Of a DNA stretch of 64,000 bases, positions 57,680 to 64,000 are shown in pieces. Origin of the DNA: Lophium mytilinum (lineage: Eukaryota); NCBI GenBank assembly GCA_010093605.1, contig MU004196.1, forward strand, positions 146,606-210,605, written 5' to 3'. The first letter of the stretch is position 1, and every line of letters starts with the position of its first letter. The position numbers and the translations under genes are program-made. The notes under the pieces are model-generated. The model saw only the letters and a list, made by a program, of their open reading frames with translations. It was not told where the DNA came from and searched no databases.

Positions 57680-58178
57680 CTAGTCCTCCCTCTTCAAAAT
57701 CTTCCTCAATGCCTCCTCATTCTCCGACGTCCTCTTAACCTTGCCTTCTTCAACAGGCTTATCCGGTTTATCCTTCGCAAACAGCGCTTCCTTCAGAATT
57801 CCAGTATCATCGACTTTCTCTAGCTGCCCGTGCCGACGCCTGGATTCACGATACCAGCTGATCTGCCCTCCATCGGCTTCACGATGCTTTTGTGCATTGA
57901 GTTTCGCGGCGCGTATCGAGGTGCGGGAGTAGACGAAGAGAAGGCCGGCCATTGTCAGCGCGGCTAGGGGCGCCACGAGAGTCTGTTTTGATATCAGTCT
58001 CCTAATGCTTGGCGGTATAGAAGCTATCGACAGCGAGTCATAGCAGATTATAGCAGATTGAGTCACTTACTCGTCCATTGATGAGACTCCTCCGTACAAC
58101 TTTCTTAGCTCCTCCGGGAACGTTGGGGACTTCAGAGATGCCGTCTGCTGAGCGTGGTACTGACAGACGTCCTCCCAT
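57680..58178 (-). CDS. Small hypothetical single-TM protein; 2 exons
   Basis: MGGRLSVPR...INGR|gtaagt..ctgat..cag|TLVAPLAALTMAGLLFVYSRTSIRAAKLNAQKHREADGGQISW. Confidence 0.7.
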
Positions 58179-58655
58179 GCTGGCTTATAGCTGTGATGGT
58201 TGAGGATGAGTTGCGATGCTGGTGGTGTGAGCTTAGGTCGTGAATATACGCTACGTCATTAGATGGTTCGAGGGCGAGGCGCAATGGACCATGGCGGGAC
58301 GGCTCGTTTTCGGTAGAGCGATCCGAGAAGATCTTAAATATTAATTTAAAGTCTGTATAGCTGGTAGATGCTCTCAGGACGTGACTTTGCGAGGTGGTCG
58401 TCTGGTGGAGCAGTTTTAGCCGCAAAGCTCGGATGCGCGGCATGACTTGAGCTTCAAATAATTTAGAACAAACTCAAGTCATTATTCAGCCAATCGCCGA
58501 GGCAGGCGTTCTATACTCAACCCCTCGTGTTCTCCTTTCATTTGTCATTAAGCGCGTCTACGCTAAGCTGGCAGCTGGCAGAATCGAGAGTCGTTTGGGG
58601 CCAGATAGCACTGCTTCCGTCATTCTGAGACTGTTCTCGTCCAGGCCTTGCGTCA

Positions 58656-58662
58656 TTACTAA
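58656..58662. promoter_or_regulatory. Yap1/AP-1 response element TTACTAA upstream of glutathione reductase
   Basis: Exact YRE, adjacent to TGCGTCA. GLR1 is a known Yap1 target in yeast. Confidence 0.55.
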
Positions 58663-58706
58663 AAGTCGCATCCTTTCACCGGATAGGCCCTGTCACCATT
58701 CTACCT

Positions 58707-60314
58707 ATGAATTTCATCATACATAAAGTCACTGCTTCTGCCGTATCAGTCGCCGCATCGCCGCACTCCTCCACTTCCATCCTTCTGGCTTTCCGCGCTC
58801 CCTCGAAACTGGCCGCTCCACGCCTTGCATCGGTCTCCCGCCACTTCTCGTCGTCGCCGTCAATCATGGCGCCTATTCAGAAAGAGTGTGACTATCTGGT
58901 TATTGGGGGAGGAAGCGGGGGTATTGCATCTGCGCGACGAGCGGCAAAACACGGTGCGAAGGTTATTGCGATTGAGAGTGCCCGCTTGGGAGGGACCTGC
59001 GTGAACGTCGGTTGTGTGCCCAAGAAAGTGACCTGGAACGCCGCGGCGATAGCCGAGAACTTCAAGGACGCAAAAGCGTATGGGTTTGGCGGATTCGAAG
59101 AGCCTACTTTTGACTGGCCGTACTTCAAGAAGAAGCGTGATGCATATGTCAAAAGACTGAATGGCATCTACGCCAACAACCTCGGAAAGGACAAGATCGA
59201 CACCCTGCATGGTCGCGCGAGCTTTGTGAGCAAGAACGAAGTCGAGGTGAAGCTCGATGACGGCACGAAGCAGACTATCAAGGCGAAGAATATCCTTATT
59301 GCGACGGGAGGCCGACCTACAGTTCCGGACATCCCCGGAAAGGAACTATGCATCGACAGTGATGGCTTCTTCGACTTGGAGGAGCAGCCAAAGCGGATCG
59401 CAACCAGTGGTGCTGGCTACATTGGAGTGGAGATGTCTGGAATGCTACACGCTCTTGGTTCTAAAGTCGATTTCTTCATTCGTGGAGACAAATTACTCAG
59501 GAGTTTCGATCCTCTGATTCAAGACACTGTCACGAAGGAGTACGAGCGACAAGGCGTCAGCCTCCATAAGGGAGCCCAGATCACCAAGGTCGAGAAGCTA
59601 GACGACGGCTCGAAAAAGGTGTACTACAAAGAAGGTGACAAGGAGTCGAGCATCGAAGTCGATGTCGTTCTCTTCGCCGTCGGCCGAGTCCCAGAAATCG
59701 AGGATCTTCACCTCGACAAGCTTGGAATCAAGCTCAATGAAAAGAAGCACATCATCGTGGACGACTACCAGAATACCAACGTCGAGAACATCTTCGCCCT
59801 GGGAGATGTCTGCGATCGTGGTTTCGAACTGACACCCGTAGCTATTGCGGCCGGCCGCCGTCTCAGTGAGAGACTCTTCGCTGGAAAGAAGGACGCCCAT
59901 CTCGACTACAGCAACATCCCATCTGTCGTTTTCGCACACCCTGAAATTGGAAGCATCGGGTTGACCGAGCCACAAGCGCGAGAGAAATACGGCGATAGCC
60001 TCAAGATCTACAAGACCGAGTTCACAGCTATGTACTACGCCATGATGGAGCCGGAAGACAAGGGCCCTACCGCATACAAGATCATCTGCGAGGGCGTGAA
60101 TGAAAGAGTCGTTGGATTGCATATCTTGGGCGTGGGAAGCAGCGAGATTCTACAGGGCTTTGGTGTTGCTATCAAGATGGGCGCGACGAAGGCGGATTTC
60201 GATAATTGCGTCGTAAGTTCGAAGAAATCAGAACTGATATGCTACAGCAGAGCTAATTTATTCATCCAGGCAATTCATCCCGTCTCAGCAGAGGAACTGG
60301 TCACCATGACCTAG
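58707..60314 (+). CDS. GLR1: Glutathione reductase, with optional mitochondrial presequence (second ATG at 58866); intron 60213-60269
   Basis: GGGSGG FAD motif, redox-active GGTCVNVGCVPKK, GAGYIG, LTPVAIAAGR, C-terminal AIHPVSAEELVT. Confidence 0.97.
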   Translation: MNFIIHKVTASAVSVAASPHSSTSILLAFRAPSKLAAPRLASVSRHFSSSPSIMAPIQKECDYLVIGGGSGGIASARRAAKHGAKVIAIESARLGGTCVNVGCVPKKVTWNAAAIAENFKDAKAYGFGGFEEPTFDWPYFKKKRDAYVKRLNGIYANNLGKDKIDTLHGRASFVSKNEVEVKLDDGTKQTIKAKNILIATGGRPTVPDIPGKELCIDSDGFFDLEEQPKRIATSGAGYIGVEMSGMLHALGSKVDFFIRGDKLLRSFDPLIQDTVTKEYERQGVSLHKGAQITKVEKLDDGSKKVYYKEGDKESSIEVDVVLFAVGRVPEIEDLHLDKLGIKLNEKKHIIVDDYQNTNVENIFALGDVCDRGFELTPVAIAAGRRLSERLFAGKKDAHLDYSNIPSVVFAHPEIGSIGLTEPQAREKYGDSLKIYKTEFTAMYYAMMEPEDKGPTAYKIICEGVNERVVGLHILGVGSSEILQGFGVAIKMGATKADFDNCVVSSKKSELICYSRANLFIQAIHPVSAEELVTMT

Positions 60315-61684
60315 TCAAACGCATATTCAGTGTTTGCTGTGCGAAATGGAGAAACCGCATATACCTAGATTTCCTATTGTAGATGTACAATACGCACTCC
60401 AATAAAGACAGTAGAATATCTTCAACACCCAGGAGAAACATTGATACGCGAACTACGTGAGAACCTACTTCGGATACGAGATTGACTTTTCAGATACCTT
60501 CCTACGGCTCTATTCTTCCAGCCTTTACGCAGCTTCATCCTCTCACACCCTGTCGATTCTACTGGTCTCGTTCCTACGACAACTCTTCTCTTGCAGGACT
60601 TGCAGGACTTCTATGGCCACGTAATCGAATCGAATGTTATCACAATTCCACGGTTCCACCTCTCTACCACGACTATTATCCTCTAAATTTCTCAACGGCC
60701 ACGTCATCAGGAGCCCAGAGCGACTCTACCACGGAACCACCCACCCCCCGCTGACTCATCCCCCTCCCCCAAACCTACATAAGCCCGTCCTCCCCCGTCC
60801 CTCTTCTCCTCTTCGCCTTCGGGCATTCACTCCTTCCAATTTCCTAAAATCAAGGGCTCATTGCATGTATCGCCATATAATTTGTTATATGTAGAGCACA
60901 AACCCGGCTCTTGTAGACTATGCTATCTAGACCCTTCCCCCGCCATGTATTACCCACTTTTGTCACTCCTTGGGGGCAGCGGTTCAAACCCGACAGATAC
61001 TTAGTAGGAGACGATGCGCAGATGGATGAGAGCCTTGTGGATTTGGTTTGGATATATAGGAGGTTTTTGACCCCGAGAAAGGGTTTTCCTCACAATCATA
61101 TACTGTTCCCGATCTACATATGACCTTTTTGCTATGATTTTTGTGATGTGTGTTGAGGTTGTGGGGAGGACAGGTGGCCTGAGTGGTGTGGTGTTTGAGA
61201 CTGGCATAGACCTTTAACGTGCTGAGGCATCGTAGCAACTCATGATGACTTGACTAGTAACGTGAAGCTATTATATGACTGCTTAGGGTGCATCGAGGTA
61301 TTCCAGAGGCTCTGAGGTCGTATCCAGGCGTGAGTGATGAGTAGGAGTTGAAGCCAGCTCAACTCAGCCCTTCGCCACTGACACATCCTGTATGCCTATT
61401 CCCGGAGCACTACTTCAAATTATCAAGATACAGGACTCTGACAAATGTTCAGGACCTCGATTCGAATGAAAAATGACGTTGATTCAGTGTCCTACATAGA
61501 AGCTCCAACTCCCGCTACCCAGTACACACACTATGCGAGAACTTGAGGCAGAACAGCATGATTCCCAGCTCTTCCATGCCCCCAATATACACAATGAAAG
61601 CCTTTTCCCTCTCATACAAGCCCATCATCCCATCGCTCCCAAGCCGATCCCCATACACCCTCCTCTCCCCACCCTCACTCAACC

Positions 61685-62122
61685 TCACTCCCCCTTCTTC
61701 CCCGCGACAACCCTCAGCACAAAATTCACCACCACGGCCGCCAGCAGCGCAATCGCGAGCACCGTCGGGCCCAGCCTATCATCAAACCCGCCCTGCCCGC
61801 GCTGCCGGATGCTCTTCGCGCGCCAGTGGAACGTGAACAGCGCGTAGATCATAGCCGCCATGGCGACCAGCGTGAACAGCCCCGCGCTGATCTGTCCGAC
61901 TTTGTCGCCGAAGTTCAGCAGCCCGATGGCGAGCCCGCCGAGGATCACGGTGAAGTTGAGCCAGCTGAGGAAGGTGCGCTCGTTGGCGAAGAAGACTTTG
62001 GGCTCGACGCGCGTGGGGAGGGCGATGCGTTTGCCTGGGGGTTGTTAGGGACGGGGTATTGGAGAGAGGGGAGGGGAGGGAAGAGTACCTGGGGCGGTTT
62101 GGAGGAGAGGTTGGGTGGACAT
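61685..62122 (-). CDS. VTC1: Vacuolar transporter chaperone 1 (polyphosphate synthesis VTC complex); 2 exons
   Basis: [37 protein letters not shown]...FDDRLGP. Confidence 0.95.
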
Positions 62123-62498
62123 GGTGGGGATTTGTGGCTTTGGAGATGGTAAAAAGGTTGGTTTGGGGCCTCAATGGGTAGGATAGTTGTTTGAGGCAAT
62201 ATTTATGAGGCTTGGGGAGCTCGACAAGGAGTTTGAGGTGAATATCTGGATGTTCTGATGACAGAGAAAAGAAAGAAGCACGGCAAAGGTCTGCGATCCA
62301 TCGAGGGCTCTCGTCCGCCCACGTGCTCGGCAGCCAATCGCTAGAACCCCCGCCCAAAACCGGCGATCTCCAGGGCTCACCCTTCACTAATGCCAAACAC
62401 AACAACACCACTACTCAAAGCCCCAAACATCACCATTGGCACGCCCTCGCAACCCTATTAGCTCCTTAGACTCCTAACTTTACGCGATCGAGCCCATC

Positions 62499-63162
62499 AT
62501 GACTTCGGTATGGCTGGACTCTGGCTAAAGCGCATGTTTCCGAATGCTAATGTAAGCTCCCACAGCCTGTTTCGACGACCCGGCTGCAGCAAATCGCAAC
62601 AGACGTATGTACATCCACTTCCCACTTATATGTTCGAAGAAGCTGATTGGGCTCTCAGGCATGCGAAAGCGCCATCGGCAATTCAGAGAGCTACAACCAT
62701 AGCAGTGTCGCAGCTTGGAATACCGAGATCATCGTACGTTCACCGCATCACACGAGCACCCCGACTACACCTCCCAACCGCCTCATATCCTCAACACCGC
62801 CTTCCGCTCTCTATTGCTAGCATTATCTCGCCATTTCCGTCAATCCCCGCATCACTCATACTCGAAGTTTTAGTACTAACAATTCCCAGAACAGCGTGCT
62901 GAAAGCCCTCATCTCCGAAACCACATCCACCACCACCTCGCAACCCCCCTTCAAGTACGCCGTCAACAGCACCATCATCCAGCACATCACGCCCAGCCCT
63001 GGCGCCGCAGGCGAGAGCGGCAGCACCGGCCGGCGGGGCATGCACAGCGCCATGGGCGCGTACTGGAACAACGACCGGGACGGCATGTGGAGCTGGAAGT
63101 ACGACGGCGGGGAGAAGAAGGGCATGGATATTGTGGTCAGCATTATGTGGGTGGCGGTATAA
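62499..63162 (+). CDS. Dynein light chain, Tctex-1 family; 4 exons
   Basis: MTS|PVSTTRLQQIATD|ACESAIGNSESYNHSSVAAWNTEII|NSVLKAL...FKYAVNSTIIQH...GMHSAMGAYWNNDRDG. Confidence 0.9.
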
Positions 63163-63205
63163 GCGCGTGGCGTGTGTATAACAAAGGGGGACGTGTGCTG
63201 GAGTA

Positions 63206-63790
63206 TTAGTATCCTAGGGGGTGGAGCCGTGTGGTTGAGAGAGGTGAACAAAAATCGGAGGAGCGGACTGCGATGGTTGAGGCCTTGGGTGCTGCTGAGA
63301 CCGGTCGGTTGCGTGTTGCATCTGCTGGCGGTGCTTGGAGTCTGTCTCTTCTTCTTCGTTGGTGTGTGACTTCTTGCGACTTGGCGGTGAGGGAAATCCG
63401 AAATCGTAACTTTTCTCTTTGATTCTTGATCGGGCTGTGATGTTCTGGTATTCCGAATGTGTAAAGTCCAAGCTGTTGAGAGATAGGCCTCAAGGTTCGA
63501 CGTTGCCAAGACAAGATATACTTCCAAAAGGAAAAGGTGCTGGCGGGTGGCTGCAGGTGGACTTCGGGTAAAGACTTTTTCTTGTACCACCTCAGTATCG
63601 CATAAAGATCGAGCGCGCTCCGCTTCGCTTCCTTCTTCCTTATACATACTTTCCTGTACCGTAGCATCCCACCAAGGTCGAGCGCACTCCACTTCGCTTG
63701 CTTCTTCATTATACACATTTTCTTGTACCATCTAAGCATCCGGTAAAGATCGAGTGCACTCCACTTCGCTTTCTTCTTGATTGTACACAT
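63206..63790 (-). CDS. Possible orphan protein beginning with three cationic 23-24-aa repeats
   Basis: The only minus-strand frame open across all three repeats, with several synonymous differences between copies. No recognisable homology. Confidence 0.3.
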   Translation of the reverse strand: MCTIKKKAKWSALDLYRMLRWYKKMCIMKKQAKWSALDLGGMLRYRKVCIRKKEAKRSALDLYAILRWYKKKSLPEVHLQPPASTFSFWKYILSWQRRTLRPISQQLGLYTFGIPEHHSPIKNQREKLRFRISLTAKSQEVTHQRRRRDRLQAPPADATRNRPVSAAPKASTIAVRSSDFCSPLSTTRLHPLGY

Positions 63791-63795
63791 TTCCT
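63576..63795. repeat. Three-copy tandem repeat, periods 69 and 72 bp
   Basis: GRTCGAGYGC anchors at 63607, 63676 and 63748. Confidence 0.9.
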
Positions 63796-64000
63796 CCGCA
63801 GTCCCTCACGAGATGGCGTCGTCGACAGGAGCTATGAAGACCAGAGGGCCTTCGCCTATGTATGTTCTCGACAGGCATTACTATGATGAAAACTGGCTAA
63901 TAGAAGCGTAGAACGGTGGGGGGAAGGATCGTAAACCTCGTAAACCTGAAGGTGGGCTCGGAGGAGCGAATCTACCCCGTTAACGAGGATCTGCTCGCAT

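Noticed and set aside
60480..61130. Short plus-strand ORFs between GLR1 and VTC1
   Set aside because: No recognisable domain or coherent exon chain.

Overview
Gene-dense 64 kb window from a filamentous ascomycete (Pezizomycotina, inferred from short GT-AG introns with CTAAC/CTGAC branch points and from the gene set). It is eukaryotic, and I found no rRNA, tRNA or CRISPR array. Conserved genes: mitochondrial NAD+ carrier (3' part), EFM6-like methyltransferase, GNAT acetyltransferase, AXL2, STF2-like gene, NUP133, palmitoylated casein kinase I, CENP-N/CHL4, sulfur regulator metR/cys-3, CHK1, Kelch-type membrane protein, glutathione reductase, VTC1 and Tctex-1 dynein light chain. Accessory content: a NACHT-WD40 NLR disrupted by a 529-bp MITE and other lesions, a WW-domain pseudogene, an F-box protein, an APH-like kinase, a secreted Ser/Thr-rich protein and a 173-aa protein made of 15 ungapped [ILV]xxPxxCx octapeptides. 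The most striking unexplained structure is a 3.25 kb non-coding array (about 3790-7030) that fills the space between two convergent stop codons. It holds about 28 copies of one 20-bp motif (ACCGTnnGRRGTnnnYYAGC) in both orientations, at recurring spacings (107-108, 150-151, 161-162, 188-189, 214-216 bp), with highly diverged spacers. Also notable: a long RNA hairpin in an intron of the STF2-like gene, whose start codon is split A|TG by another intron, and a structured 421-nt metR intron. All gene models were spliced by eye and no database searches were run.
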